Below are positions 8,200-17,845 of a stretch of DNA of 22,981 nt, in pieces. The notes under the pieces are model-generated. The model did not search any database. It was not told where the DNA came from and worked only from the letters and a program-made list of their open reading frames with translations. Position 1 is the stretch's first letter, and each line of letters begins with the position of its first letter. The DNA is from Myxococcales bacterium. GTDB taxonomy: Bacteria > Desulfobacterota > Binatia > HRBIN30. Location: NCBI GenBank assembly GCA_037445065.1, contig JBBILD010000033.1, positions 1-22,981 of the forward strand, read 5' to 3'. The position numbers and the translations under genes were made by a program.

Positions 8200-9012
8200 A
8201 TGCTTTCGGAAGCCGAGATCCAACGGCACTGGGAACGGATCCAGCAAGACGGCTACACGATCCTCGAACGGGTGATCGAGCCGGAGTTTTGCGATGCGCT
8301 GGTGGCCGACCTCTACCGCATCGAGCGCGAGTTCGGCATCAAGCCGGCACGCAACCCCTTCGAGGGCACGCGCACCGTGCGCATCTATAACCTGCTCGTG
8401 CACGGGCCGCTGTACGAGAGAATCCCCGTGCACGAGAATGTGCTGCCACTCGTCGAGCGCGTGTTGGACCCCGGCTGCCTGGTGTCGTCGCTCTCCTCGA
8501 TCGCCATCTGCCCGGGCGAGCGCGCCCAGCCCATCCATGCCGACGACCAGTTGATCCCGATTCCCAAGCCGCACCCGCCGGTGGTGTGCAACACGATGTG
8601 GGCGCTCACCGACTTCACCGAGGAAAACGGCGCCACGCGCCTCATCCCGGGCTCCCACTTGCGCGACACGAACCCGATCATCGGCGAGCGCTACGAGACC
8701 ATTGCCGCCGAGATGCCCAAGGGCAGCGTGCTCGTGTGGCACGGGAGTCTCTGGCACGGTGGCGGCGCCAACCGCACGGAGGAGCGGCGCATCGGCATCG
8801 CGATGAATTACTGCGCCGGCTTCATCCGCCAGCAGGAAAACCAGCAGCTCGGCATCCCGCGCGAAATCGCGCGCCGCTTCTCGCCGCGCCTGCGCGAGCT
8901 CATCGGCTACTCCGTGTACAACGGCCTCATCGGACACATCGACAAACGGAACCCTACCTTCTTGCTCGACGAGGACGAGGGGCGCGCGCGACTGGTGTGG
9001 GACGTGCACTGA
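8200..9012 (+). CDS. Phytanoyl-CoA dioxygenase (PhyH) family Fe(II)/2-oxoglutarate oxygenase
   Basis: QPIHADD (HxD), [41 protein letters not shown]. Confidence 0.92.
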   Translation: MLSEAEIQRHWERIQQDGYTILERVIEPEFCDALVADLYRIEREFGIKPARNPFEGTRTVRIYNLLVHGPLYERIPVHENVLPLVERVLDPGCLVSSLSSIAICPGERAQPIHADDQLIPIPKPHPPVVCNTMWALTDFTEENGATRLIPGSHLRDTNPIIGERYETIAAEMPKGSVLVWHGSLWHGGGANRTEERRIGIAMNYCAGFIRQQENQQLGIPREIARRFSPRLRELIGYSVYNGLIGHIDKRNPTFLLDEDEGRARLVWDVH

Positions 9013-9034
9013 GCGGCGCGAGGCTCGACCGCAC

Positions 9035-10432
9035 ATGGAGGTACGGCACGTAGACTTGTGCGTGATCGGCAGTGGGCCGGGTGGCGAAGGTGCCGCCATG
9101 CGCGCCGCCAAGGCCGGGAAAAAAGTGGCCGTGGTGGAGCGCTACCCGATGGTGGGCGGAAGCTGCACCCACTGGAGCACGATCCCGAGCAAGGCGCTGC
9201 GCTACGCGGTGCGGCAGTGGGTGGAGCTGACCACTAGCCCGCTGTGGCGCGAACTCGGCTTCAAACCACCGCGCGTCACCTTCCCGCAACTGCTGCGCTC
9301 GGCACAGGAGGTGATCGAGAAGCAGGTCACTCTGCGCGAGAGTTTTTACGAGCGCAACCACGTGCAACTCCTGCACGGCCGCGCCTATTTCCTCGACCCG
9401 CACACCGTGGAGGTGGAGGAAGAGCGCGGCGCACACGAGCGAGTGGTGGCGGAAGCCTTCGTGATCGCTGTCGGCTCGCGCCCGTATCGGCCACCGGACG
9501 TAGACTTCAGCCACCCGCGCATTTTCGACAGCCAGACCGTCCTCGGGCTCACGGAAATGCCGCAGTCAGCCACCATTTACGGCGCCGGCGTGGTGGGCTG
9601 CGAATACGCATCGCTGCTGCGCAACCTCGGGGTGAAGCTCAACCTGGTGAACACGCGCAGCAAACTGCTCGAGTTTCTGGACGACGAGATCATTGACGCG
9701 CTCTCCTACCACCTGCGCGAACAGGGAGCCCTGATCCGCCACAACGAGGAGTACGAGCGCGTGGAGGGGCGCGACGACGGCGTGGTGCTTTACCTCAAAT
9801 CCGGCAAGCGGCTCAAAACCGACATCCTCCTGTGGGCCAACGGGCGCACCGGCAATACCGATGGCCTGGGACTCGAGTCGCTCGGCATCCAGGTGGATTC
9901 GCGCGGCAACATCCCGGTCAACCGCAACTACCAGACCTCGCAACCACACATTTATGCAGTGGGCGACGTAGTGGGGTTTCCGGCGCTGGCCAGCGCCGCT
10001 TACGACCAGGGCCGCTTTGCGGTCGCCCATTGGCTCTACGGCAAGAGCCAGCAACTGATCGAGTTCATCCCCACCGGCATTTACACGATCCCGGAGATCA
10101 GCTCGGTCGGCAAAACCGAGCGCGAACTCACTGCCGCCAAGGTTCCCTACGAAGTGGGCCACGCATTCTTCCGCAGCCTGGCGCGTGCCCAGATCACCCG
10201 GCATACCGTGGGCATGCTCAAGCTGCTGTTTCACCGCGAGACGCTGCAGATTCTCGGCATCCACTGCTTTGGCGACCAGGCGGCAGAAATCGTCCACATC
10301 GGGCAAGCGATTCTCTCCCAGCAAGGAGAGGCGAACTCGATCCGCTACTTCGTCAACACCACGTTCAACTATCCCACCATGGCCGAAGCTTACCGCGTGG
10401 CCGCCCTGAACGGCCTCAACCGCGTGGCGTGA
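9035..10432 (+). CDS. sthA: Soluble pyridine nucleotide transhydrogenase
   Basis: IGSGPGG FAD motif, [13 protein letters not shown] (single Cys), [13 protein letters not shown]-terminal [20 protein letters not shown] typical of SthA/UdhA. Confidence 0.95.
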   Translation: MEVRHVDLCVIGSGPGGEGAAMRAAKAGKKVAVVERYPMVGGSCTHWSTIPSKALRYAVRQWVELTTSPLWRELGFKPPRVTFPQLLRSAQEVIEKQVTLRESFYERNHVQLLHGRAYFLDPHTVEVEEERGAHERVVAEAFVIAVGSRPYRPPDVDFSHPRIFDSQTVLGLTEMPQSATIYGAGVVGCEYASLLRNLGVKLNLVNTRSKLLEFLDDEIIDALSYHLREQGALIRHNEEYERVEGRDDGVVLYLKSGKRLKTDILLWANGRTGNTDGLGLESLGIQVDSRGNIPVNRNYQTSQPHIYAVGDVVGFPALASAAYDQGRFAVAHWLYGKSQQLIEFIPTGIYTIPEISSVGKTERELTAAKVPYEVGHAFFRSLARAQITRHTVGMLKLLFHRETLQILGIHCFGDQAAEIVHIGQAILSQQGEANSIRYFVNTTFNYPTMAEAYRVAALNGLNRVA

Positions 10433-10500
10433 GCGCCGGCGCCCGCCGCCACCACACGCCGCCCGGCCGGGACAAAGCCCCCAAGGGGACAGCAGGTGCA

Positions 10501-11000
10501 GCCCCTACAGCGCGCAGGAAACGTGCGCGGTCTTGCGGTGACGCACTGCCGCAAACAGGGTGTAGGGGCAGGCCTTGTGCCTGCCCGTGCCGCGAATCCG
10601 ACGGGATGCTGCCCGGGGGAAGCCATCACACCACGTTGCACCTGCCGTACCCCCATTCGCGATTCGCGATTCCCCACACAAAATGGGTGTCCACGCAACG
10701 CGCCACGGCGGGCCACAAGGGCCGCCCCTACATCTTTGGTGGTGTCGGCGTGGATGCTTGGCGGCAGCGCGTTGGGGGGAACACGGGCGGCCACAAGGGC
10801 CGCCCCTACAGCGCGCAGGAAACGTGCGCGGTCTTGTGGTCACGCACTGCTGCAAACAGGGTGTAGGGGCAAGCCTTGTGCCTGCCCGTGCCGCAAATCG
10901 GACGGGATGCCGCCCGGGGGGGAGCCATCACACCACGTTGGACGTGCCGTACCCCCATTCGCGATTCGCGATTCGCCCGGCCCCCCGCTCGCTGCTCGCC
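10501..11000. repeat. REP mosaic cluster 2, containing a ~172-bp direct duplication
   Basis: REP-B (+) at 10562-10586 and 10863-10887; REP-A (-) at 10707-10731, 10785-10809, remnant at 10501-10508; 10501-10672 is repeated at 10802-10974; CGATTCG runs. Confidence 0.9.
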
Positions 11001-11046
11001 TTCTCGGTTCCTGGTCACTGCCGGCCGCCCTCGCTATACGAGATAC

Positions 11047-11811
11047 GTGGCTTTCTCGCCGCTTCTGCGTATTCTACTTGCTTGCTTTTGCTACGTGCTG
11101 CTCTTCGCGGCCGCTGGTTGCAGCACGCACGCCGGCCGCGATGCGCAACCCACGACCCGCTCGCTCCGTGGGGAGGTTTTGGCGCAAAGAGACCGCCTCG
11201 TCCTCGAGCCGGATTCCCCTCTCCCTCGGCCAGCCGCGCCCGCGGAGTTGAGCGAAGAGCCCGTGCCCGAGGAGCCTCACGACGCGACCGCCCCACCCAC
11301 TCCGCCGGCTTCCGAAGGCACAGCTTCCCCTGCGGAGAATCCGGTGCTTGCTGTTCAGCCCAGCGCGGATCGCCCACCCCCTGCCGCTGCAGGCGACGAC
11401 TCCTTGGCGGACCTTCTTGCGAGCGCCCGCACACCGCAGCAAGCTGGCGCCTTGCGCTGCGTCGAGCAGGGCCGTCTCCTTTTGCAAAGCGGCGAGCAGG
11501 AGCGGGCACGCGAGTGGTTCGAGCGTGCCCTGTCCCTCGATCCGCACAACCCCTACGCGTACTACTTCCTCGCCCGCCAAGCGTTGCTCCGCCAGCGCCC
11601 CGACCAAGCGCACGCATTTGCCGAACGGGCCTTGCAAGTCGCGGCCGGGCTCGACCGTCGCTGGCGCGGGCGTCTGGAAGCGTTGCAGGGAGAGATCTTC
11701 GAGTCGGTCGGGCGCTTCTCGGAAGCCCGGCGCGCCTACCAGCAAGCCGCTGCGTGGGATCCGCTGAACGACACCGCGCGTGCCGGACTCGCGCGTCTCG
11801 CCTCGCCTTGA
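11047..11811 (+). CDS. Putative TPR-containing lipoprotein
   Basis: GTG 11047: hydrophobic stretch ending in lipobox-like AAAGC; Pro/Ala/Glu-rich linker; TPR-like helices (FERALSLDPHNPYAYYFLA; YQQAAAWDPLNDTARAGL). Start uncertain. Confidence 0.75.
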   Translation: MAFSPLLRILLACFCYVLLFAAAGCSTHAGRDAQPTTRSLRGEVLAQRDRLVLEPDSPLPRPAAPAELSEEPVPEEPHDATAPPTPPASEGTASPAENPVLAVQPSADRPPPAAAGDDSLADLLASARTPQQAGALRCVEQGRLLLQSGEQERAREWFERALSLDPHNPYAYYFLARQALLRQRPDQAHAFAERALQVAAGLDRRWRGRLEALQGEIFESVGRFSEARRAYQQAAAWDPLNDTARAGLARLASP

Positions 11812-11820
11812 GGACCGCCG

Positions 11821-12825
11821 ATGAAACTGCTCGCCATCGAAACTTCGTGCGACGACACCTCCGCCGCCGTGCTCCACAACGGTACCGTGCTCTCCAATGT
11901 CGTGCGCTCGCAAGACGAGGTACACCGCCCCTACGGAGGCGTGGTCCCGGAACTGGCATCGCGCTCGCACATTCGTTCGATCTTGCCGATCGTCCGCTCC
12001 GCCCTCGAGCGTGCCGGCGCCTCCTTGGACGACATCGAGGCGGTGGCCGCCACTTGCGGGCCAGGTCTGGTGGGCTCGCTGCTGGTCGGGCTCAACACCG
12101 CCAAGGGCATCGCCTTTGCCCGCGGCTTGCCGTTCATCGGCGTCAACCACCTCGAAGGCCACGTTCTCTCGGTCTTGCTCGAACAATCGGTTCCGTTTCC
12201 GTTTGTCGCCTTGGTCGTCTCCGGCGGCCACACGGCCCTCTACTTGGCCGAAGAGCTGCACCGCTACTCCTTGCTCGGTGCCACTCGTGACGACGCCGCC
12301 GGAGAGGCCTTCGACAAGGTCGCCAAGGTGCTGGGTCTCGGCTTTCCCGGTGGCCGCGTCATTGACGAACTCGCGCGCCGGGGCGATCCGCACGCCATCC
12401 CCTTCCCGCGCGCGCGCCTCAAAGCGCGACCCGGTGGGCGCGCCTGTGACTTTAGCTTCAGCGGCATCAAAACCGCCGTGGCTCAATACGCTGCCCAACG
12501 CCCGAACCTCAGCGAGCAGGAACAGGCCGACATCGCCGCGAGCTTCCAAGAGGCCGTGGTCGAGATGCTGCTCGAAAACACCTTCGCTGCGCTGGAGGCA
12601 ACCGGTGCCAGCCGCCTCGCTATCGTCGGCGGCGTCTCCGCCAACTCGCGCCTACGCGAGCGGGCCGCTTACCTGGCTGAGGTGCGAGGCATCGAGCTCG
12701 CCATTCCTCCCCTGCGCTACTGCACCGATAACGCCGCCATGATCGGCTACGCGGGTTGGACTCGACTCGTGCGCGGCGAGCGCGCCGCTTGGTCGCTCAA
12801 CGCCGAGCCTAATCTGCCGCTTTGA
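11821..12825 (+). CDS. tsaD: tRNA N6-adenosine threonylcarbamoyltransferase TsaD
   Basis: LAIETSCDDT, GGVVPELASRSH, NHLEGH, VSGGHT, DDAAGEAFDK, FSFSGIKT, CTDNAAMI. Confidence 0.98.
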   Translation: MKLLAIETSCDDTSAAVLHNGTVLSNVVRSQDEVHRPYGGVVPELASRSHIRSILPIVRSALERAGASLDDIEAVAATCGPGLVGSLLVGLNTAKGIAFARGLPFIGVNHLEGHVLSVLLEQSVPFPFVALVVSGGHTALYLAEELHRYSLLGATRDDAAGEAFDKVAKVLGLGFPGGRVIDELARRGDPHAIPFPRARLKARPGGRACDFSFSGIKTAVAQYAAQRPNLSEQEQADIAASFQEAVVEMLLENTFAALEATGASRLAIVGGVSANSRLRERAAYLAEVRGIELAIPPLRYCTDNAAMIGYAGWTRLVRGERAAWSLNAEPNLPL

Positions 12826-12828
12826 AGG

Positions 12829-13731
12829 ATGCCGCGCCCGCGCCGCTCTCCCCGACCCGTTCCTCCTTCGGCGCTCCCGGCAACGGAGCCACCTGCCAGC
12901 GTTGCCGAGACTCGCCGCCAACTCGAACGTCTCGGCCGCCGCGCCCGCAAAGCCCTCGGCCAGCACTTTCTGGTGCGCCCCGATGTTGCCGAGCGCATCG
13001 CCCAGCTCGCTGCCATCGCGCCGCACGAGGCGGTGGTGGAAATCGGACCCGGATTGGGCGCGCTTACAGCCTCCCTGGTGACTCGCTCACCCCAGCTCTG
13101 GCTGGTGGAACTGGATGCTGACTTCGCTTCCCTCCTGCGCGAGCGATACGCCTCTGCGGCGCACGTGGAGGTGGTACAGGCGGATGCCTGCGCGGTGGAC
13201 TGGACGTCGTTTCCCCCCACTTCCGCGCCCCTCGTGGTCACCGGCAACCTGCCCTACAACGTCGCGACTCCTCTTTTGGCGCGCTTGCTCGCTGCCGGAC
13301 CGCGCATCGCGCGCATCGTAGTGATGCTGCAGCGCGAGGTGGCGGAGCGGCTGCGCGCTCGCCCGGGCGAGCCGGCCTACTCGGCACTCTCGGTCCTCAC
13401 CCAGGCTACCGCCAGTGTGCACAAGGGCTTTCGCGTCTCACCTGCCGCCTTCTTGCCCGCGCCGAAGGTCGAATCGGAGGTCGTCGTCCTCTACCCGCAG
13501 CAAGCGCAAGAGATCCGCAATTGTGGCTTCGCGCCGCTGCGCGCGGTCGTGCGTGCCGCCTTTGCGCAGCGGCGCAAACAACTGCGCAACAGCCTCGCCA
13601 GCGTCGCTGCGAATCCGGAGGCGTGGCTCGCTGCCGCGGGCATCGAGCCCCAGCGGCGCGCGGAGACGCTCTCGCTGGCTGAGTTCGCGGCGCTGGCGGA
13701 AGCCCTGCCTGCGTTTGCCCACCATGCCTGA
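12829..13731 (+). CDS. rsmA: 16S rRNA m6,2A dimethyltransferase RsmA/KsgA
   Basis: KALGQHFL, EIGPGLGALT, GNLPYNV, MLQREVAERL, FLPAPKVES, FAQRRKQLRN. Confidence 0.97.
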   Translation: MPRPRRSPRPVPPSALPATEPPASVAETRRQLERLGRRARKALGQHFLVRPDVAERIAQLAAIAPHEAVVEIGPGLGALTASLVTRSPQLWLVELDADFASLLRERYASAAHVEVVQADACAVDWTSFPPTSAPLVVTGNLPYNVATPLLARLLAAGPRIARIVVMLQREVAERLRARPGEPAYSALSVLTQATASVHKGFRVSPAAFLPAPKVESEVVVLYPQQAQEIRNCGFAPLRAVVRAAFAQRRKQLRNSLASVAANPEAWLAAAGIEPQRRAETLSLAEFAALAEALPAFAHHA

Positions 13732-14536
13732 ACTGCCCGAGGTGGAGACCATCCGCCGCTCGCTCGACGGCATCGAAGGTTCTTGCATTCGTGCCGTTTC
13801 TGCATCGGGAGCATCGCTGCGCCGCCCCGTGCCGCCGGCGGAGCTAGAGTCTGCCGTGGGCAAGCGGATCACCCGAACCAGTCGCCTCGGCAAATATTTG
13901 CTCCTGCATCTCTGCGACGAGTCTTGCCTGGTCTTCCATTTCGGCATGAGCGGCACCCTGCTCTTGCGCCCCGCCCTCGCGCCCCTGCAGGAGCACGAAC
14001 ACGTTGCCTTCGCGCTCGAGCCGCGGGGGGCGCTGGTGCTGCACGACCCGCGCCGCTTCGGCCTGGTGCGCGTGATCGCTCGCGGAGAATGGCCCAGCGA
14101 ACTGCGCACGTTGGGGCCAGATGCGTGGCACGGCTCGTACAGCGCCGAGGATTTGTTTGCACACAGCCGCGGGCGGCGGGCTTCGGTCAAGGCGTGGCTC
14201 ATGGACCAGCGCACGCTTGCCGGTCTCGGCAACATTTACGCTTGCGAGGCGTTGCACCTCGCCGGCATCCGCCCGGGCCGCGCCGCCGGACGGCTGACCC
14301 GCGCCGAGGTGGCGCGCCTCCACCGCGCCATCCGCACCACACTGGCCGAAGCGATCGCCGCCGGCGGCAGCTCGATCGCCGATTTTCGCGACAGCAACGG
14401 CAAGCCGGGATACTTCCAGCACCGCTTCCGTGTGTACGACCGCGCCGGCGAGCCGTGCCGTGCCTGCGGCGCGACGATCCGCCAGCGCCTGCTAGCCGGA
14501 CGCAGCAGTTTTTACTGCCCGCGCTGCCAGCGCTGA
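13724..14536 (+). CDS. mutM: Formamidopyrimidine-DNA glycosylase Fpg/MutM
   Basis: True start MPELPEVET at 13724; HFGMSG, DPRRFG, GLGNIYACEAL (H2TH), C-terminal CxxC...CPRCQ zinc finger. Confidence 0.97.
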   Translation: MPELPEVETIRRSLDGIEGSCIRAVSASGASLRRPVPPAELESAVGKRITRTSRLGKYLLLHLCDESCLVFHFGMSGTLLLRPALAPLQEHEHVAFALEPRGALVLHDPRRFGLVRVIARGEWPSELRTLGPDAWHGSYSAEDLFAHSRGRRASVKAWLMDQRTLAGLGNIYACEALHLAGIRPGRAAGRLTRAEVARLHRAIRTTLAEAIAAGGSSIADFRDSNGKPGYFQHRFRVYDRAGEPCRACGATIRQRLLAGRSSFYCPRCQR

Positions 14537-14598
14537 GCACGCCTGCCGGCGCCGATCCTACACCCCGAAGGGAAGAAACGGTCCCGTCGGGGCGACGC

Positions 14599-14812
14599 GG
14601 GCCACCACCACAAGTGGGTGTCCACGCAACGCACAGCGTTGCGGGTGCGGCGTGCCCGATCCGACCGCGCGTGCCACCCGAACCACGGGCGGCCACAAGG
14701 GCCGCCCCTACAGCGCGCAGGCGGCATCGGTGCCGGTGGGGTGGCACGCCCGCACCGAGGAAAATGTAGGGGCAGGCCTTGTGCCTGCCCGTGCCGCAAA
14801 TCCGACGGGATC
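14599..14812. repeat. REP mosaic cluster 3, between convergent mutM and USP genes
   Basis: GTGGGTGTCCAC 14614-14625; REP-A (-) 14687-14711; REP-B (+) 14766-14790 followed by the conserved tail GTGCCGCAAATCCGACGGGAT. Confidence 0.88.
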
Positions 14813-14873
14813 CCGCATCGCGCCCCAGCCGTCGTACAACGTTGTGGGTGCGAGGTGCCCTGGAGATGCCCCC

Positions 14874-15332
14874 TCAGCGCACTACCAGCACGGCACAGGG
14901 GGCGTGCCGGATCACTCGTTCGGCCACGCTGCCCATGAGCAGGTGTTTGAGGCCGGTGTGGCCGTGGGTGGCGATCACGATCAGGTCCGCCTTTTCTTCC
15001 GCAGCCAGGCGGATGATCTCGTCCACTGGTCCTCCTTGCCCGATCGCCACCCGGTACGGCACCTGGGCAAGCGGTGCCTCCTTCGGCACCCGCTCGAGCA
15101 GGGCGGCGCGCGCGTCGGCCGCGGCGCGTTCGAGCACCTCGGGGCTCAACACCTCGCCTGGGTAGTATTGCGCGTACAGCGGGTTGGGGAGGATCACCGG
15201 CTCGAGCACGTGGCAAAGGATCACTTCGGCGCCGTGATCGGCAGCCATGCGAAAGGCGTGCGGGATCGCCCGATCGCCCGCCTCGGAGAAGTCGGTGGTC
15301 ACCAAAATGCGGCGAAAGCTTTCGTACGGCAC
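14874..15332 (-). CDS. Universal stress protein (UspA family)
   Basis: RRILVTTDFS; ADLIVIATHGHTGLKHLLMGSVAERVIRHAPCAVLVVR. Confidence 0.95.
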   Translation of the reverse strand: MPYESFRRILVTTDFSEAGDRAIPHAFRMAADHGAEVILCHVLEPVILPNPLYAQYYPGEVLSPEVLERAAADARAALLERVPKEAPLAQVPYRVAIGQGGPVDEIIRLAAEEKADLIVIATHGHTGLKHLLMGSVAERVIRHAPCAVLVVR

Positions 15333-15345
15333 GCGCGCTCCCCGC

Positions 15346-16131
15346 TCAGCCGAGCATGATCATGCCGCCGTCTACCACCAGCACCTGCCCGGTCATCATG
15401 TCGCTGTCCGAGGAGGCCAAGAACACGGCCGTGCCGGTGAGGTCCTCGGGCTGCAGGGGTTTTTTGAGCGCCGTGTACATCACCAGCATGTCGATCATCT
15501 CCGGCGGCACCACCGACTTAGTGGCCTCGGTGAGCGTCACCCCTGGGCAAATGGCATTCACGTTGATCCCCCAAGGGCCCAGCGCTCCGGCAAAGTACTT
15601 GGTGAGCCCGTTCACGCCCATCTTGGAGACGCTGTAATGGAACGGCGGCGAGGGCTTGTCAGGGTCACTGGTATCCACCAAGCCCACGTTGCCCATGTAG
15701 GCAGCCGTGCTCGACTGGTTGATGATCTTTCCCTTGCGCTGCCGCTTCATGTACGGCTCCACGGCGCGCGTGCACAGCCACACGCCGGTGAGGTTCACGG
15801 ACAGGATCTTGTTGAAGTACGCCAGCGAGGGATCCTCGCGGTTCAACCCGTAAAAAATCGCTGCGTTGTTGAGCAACACATCGATGCGCCCGTAGCGCTC
15901 GTGCGTGCGCCGCGCCATTTCGCGCACGCTCTGCTCGTCAGACACATCGGTCTTGAGAAACCACGCTTCGCCCCCCGCGGCGCGGATTTCCTCCTCCGTG
16001 CGCCGGCCCCACTCTTCGTTCACCTCGGCAATCACCACCTTGGCTCCCTCGCGCGCAAACCGCTGCGCATAGGCTCGCCCGATCCCCTGCCCGGCACCGG
16101 TGATGATCGCCACTCGATCTTGTAGCCGCAT
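15346..16131 (-). CDS. Short-chain dehydrogenase/reductase (classical SDR)
   Basis: Start MRLQDRVAIITGAGQGIG at 16131 with GGAGG SD; NNAA, YSVSK (YxxxK), INVNAICPG, GQVLVVDGG. Confidence 0.95.
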   Translation of the reverse strand: MRLQDRVAIITGAGQGIGRAYAQRFAREGAKVVIAEVNEEWGRRTEEEIRAAGGEAWFLKTDVSDEQSVREMARRTHERYGRIDVLLNNAAIFYGLNREDPSLAYFNKILSVNLTGVWLCTRAVEPYMKRQRKGKIINQSSTAAYMGNVGLVDTSDPDKPSPPFHYSVSKMGVNGLTKYFAGALGPWGINVNAICPGVTLTEATKSVVPPEMIDMLVMYTALKKPLQPEDLTGTAVFLASSDSDMMTGQVLVVDGGMIMLG

Positions 16132-16157
16132 GAACCTTCCTCCTAGGCCCTGTTCGC

Positions 16158-17333
16158 TCAGCGCGGGCGCGGCGCAATCGGCAAGTGCGCGTACCCGCGC
16201 ACATTGGCCGAGTGCACCCGCTCCTTTCCTTCCTCGAAGATCTCGTACTCCGGCATGCGCGCCAAGATTTCCTCCAGCGCCACGCGCCCTTCCAGGCGGG
16301 CGAGCGACGCTCCTAGGCACACGTGCGTACCGATCCCGAACGCCAAATGCGCCACCGGGGCACGAAACACGTCGAACTCCTCGGCCCGCTCGATGGCCCG
16401 CTCGTCGCGGTTGGCCGAGCCGATCAGCAGCAGCACGCGCGCTCCCGCGGGAATCGTCTGCCCGTGCAGTTCCACCTCGCGCGTGGTCACCCGCGCCAGC
16501 ATTTGGGTCGAGTTGTCGTAGCGCACCACCTCTTCCACTGCGTCGGCGATGCGACCGCGCTCTTGCACCAAGCGCCGGCGCTGCTCGCGGTGGCGGTAAA
16601 GCAGGTCCACCGCGTTGCCCAACATCTTGGTGGTGGTCTCGTTGCCGGCGATGATGAGCAAGAAGCAAAAGCCCAGGATCTCCTCGCGCGAAAGCCGCTC
16701 ACCGTCGAGTTCCGCACGGAGCAAAGCGCTGATCAAGTCGTCGCCCGGTTGCGCTTCGCGCTTGGCCAGCACCTGCGCGAAGTAGCGCACGATGTTTTCC
16801 GCTGCTTGCACGCCTTCACGCGTTACTTGCGCTTGCCCCGGTTCGCGGTGGAGGAGCAAGTCCGACCACTGGCGCAAGGTGTCCTGATCCTCCTCCGGCA
16901 CGCCGAGCAAGCTGCTGATCACGTCCATCGGCATCTTGGCCGAGAAGTCGGCAATGAAGTCGAAACGGTCTCTCCCGAGCAGCGGGGTCAGGTGCCGTAG
17001 CGCGATCGCCCGCACCTTGGGCTCCATTCCCGCCACCCGCCGGGGTGTGAACGCCATGCTGATCAGCCGGCGGAGCTTGGCTTGCCGGGGTGGATCCATG
17101 GCGATGATCATGGGCGGAGCCTTGCCGCTACTCTCCAGCGCCACCCCACCTTGCGAGGAAAAGGTCTGCCAGTCGCGCATCGCCTCGCGCACGTCGTGGT
17201 AGCGGGAGAGCGCATAAAAGCCGCGCTCGGGGTTGAAATACACCGGAGCTTCGTCGCGCAGCCGCCGGTAGGTAGGGTACGGGTCCTCGTGAATCTCGTA
17301 ACTGTAGGGGTCGTACCGCACGCTGCTCGCCAT
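16158..17333 (-). CDS. Cytochrome P450
   Basis: AGNETT (I helix), EVVR (ExxR), SANRDE, heme motif HLAFGIGTHVCLG. Confidence 0.97.
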   Translation of the reverse strand: MASSVRYDPYSYEIHEDPYPTYRRLRDEAPVYFNPERGFYALSRYHDVREAMRDWQTFSSQGGVALESSGKAPPMIIAMDPPRQAKLRRLISMAFTPRRVAGMEPKVRAIALRHLTPLLGRDRFDFIADFSAKMPMDVISSLLGVPEEDQDTLRQWSDLLLHREPGQAQVTREGVQAAENIVRYFAQVLAKREAQPGDDLISALLRAELDGERLSREEILGFCFLLIIAGNETTTKMLGNAVDLLYRHREQRRRLVQERGRIADAVEEVVRYDNSTQMLARVTTREVELHGQTIPAGARVLLLIGSANRDERAIERAEEFDVFRAPVAHLAFGIGTHVCLGASLARLEGRVALEEILARMPEYEIFEEGKERVHSANVRGYAHLPIAPRPR

Positions 17334-17398
17334 GGCCGCCCTCCTCGCTGCTGTCTACGGCAAGCGCGCGCAACAATGCAACAGGCAGCTGCCCTCGC

Positions 17399-17845
17399 TC
17401 ATCCTCGCCTCTCGCTGAGCATCCAGTTCGGGAAGTACACCCCGCCCCGCTCGCAAAACACCACCTGCACGGGCGCCCCGATGGCGAGTTTTTCCCGTTC
17501 CTCGTCGCCGAGCAGCGAGCCGGGGCCTTTCACCAGTCCGCCCACAAAGCGGATGGCCGGATCTTCCTCGCACTCCACCACCACGACGTTGTAGGGGGCG
17601 TGCGCCTCGTAGGCTGGCAGCAGCGGTGGGTGCGCGATCACGAACGACCAGATCCTGCCCCGCCCCGAAAGTCTCTCCCAGCGTGCTTCGAGGGAGCGGC
17701 AGCGAAAACACATGGGCCGCGGCGGCATGCGGCGCTGGCCGCAGTGTACACACACTTGCACGCGCAACTCGCCCGCGGCCGTGCCCTCCCAAAACGGCGC
17801 GCTGTCGGGGTCGTCCAGATCCGGCAGCAACCACTCCGCAGTCAT
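17399..17845 (-). CDS. DUF35 Zn-ribbon/OB-fold protein (thiolase-partner type)
   Basis: ATG 17845 overlaps the upstream stop; PFWEG, CVHC...PRPMCFRC, SGRGRIWSF, PYNVVVVE, IGAPVQVVF. Confidence 0.92.
   Translation of the reverse strand: MTAEWLLPDLDDPDSAPFWEGTAAGELRVQVCVHCGQRRMPPRPMCFRCRSLEARWERLSGRGRIWSFVIAHPPLLPAYEAHAPYNVVVVECEEDPAIRFVGGLVKGPGSLLGDEEREKLAIGAPVQVVFCERGGVYFPNWMLSERRG

Noticed and set aside
10501..10974. CRISPR array suggested by 25-nt palindromic repeats with spacers (also 2813-3324 and 21645-21866)
   Set aside because: Repeats alternate in orientation and type, spacing is irregular, the spacers are homologous to one another, and no cas genes are present.
17352..17383. Possible P450 promoter (TTGCAT-N18-TAGACA) with a TGTTGC direct repeat on the minus strand
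   Set aside because: The -10 lacks the conserved final T and the repeat is too short to distinguish from chance.
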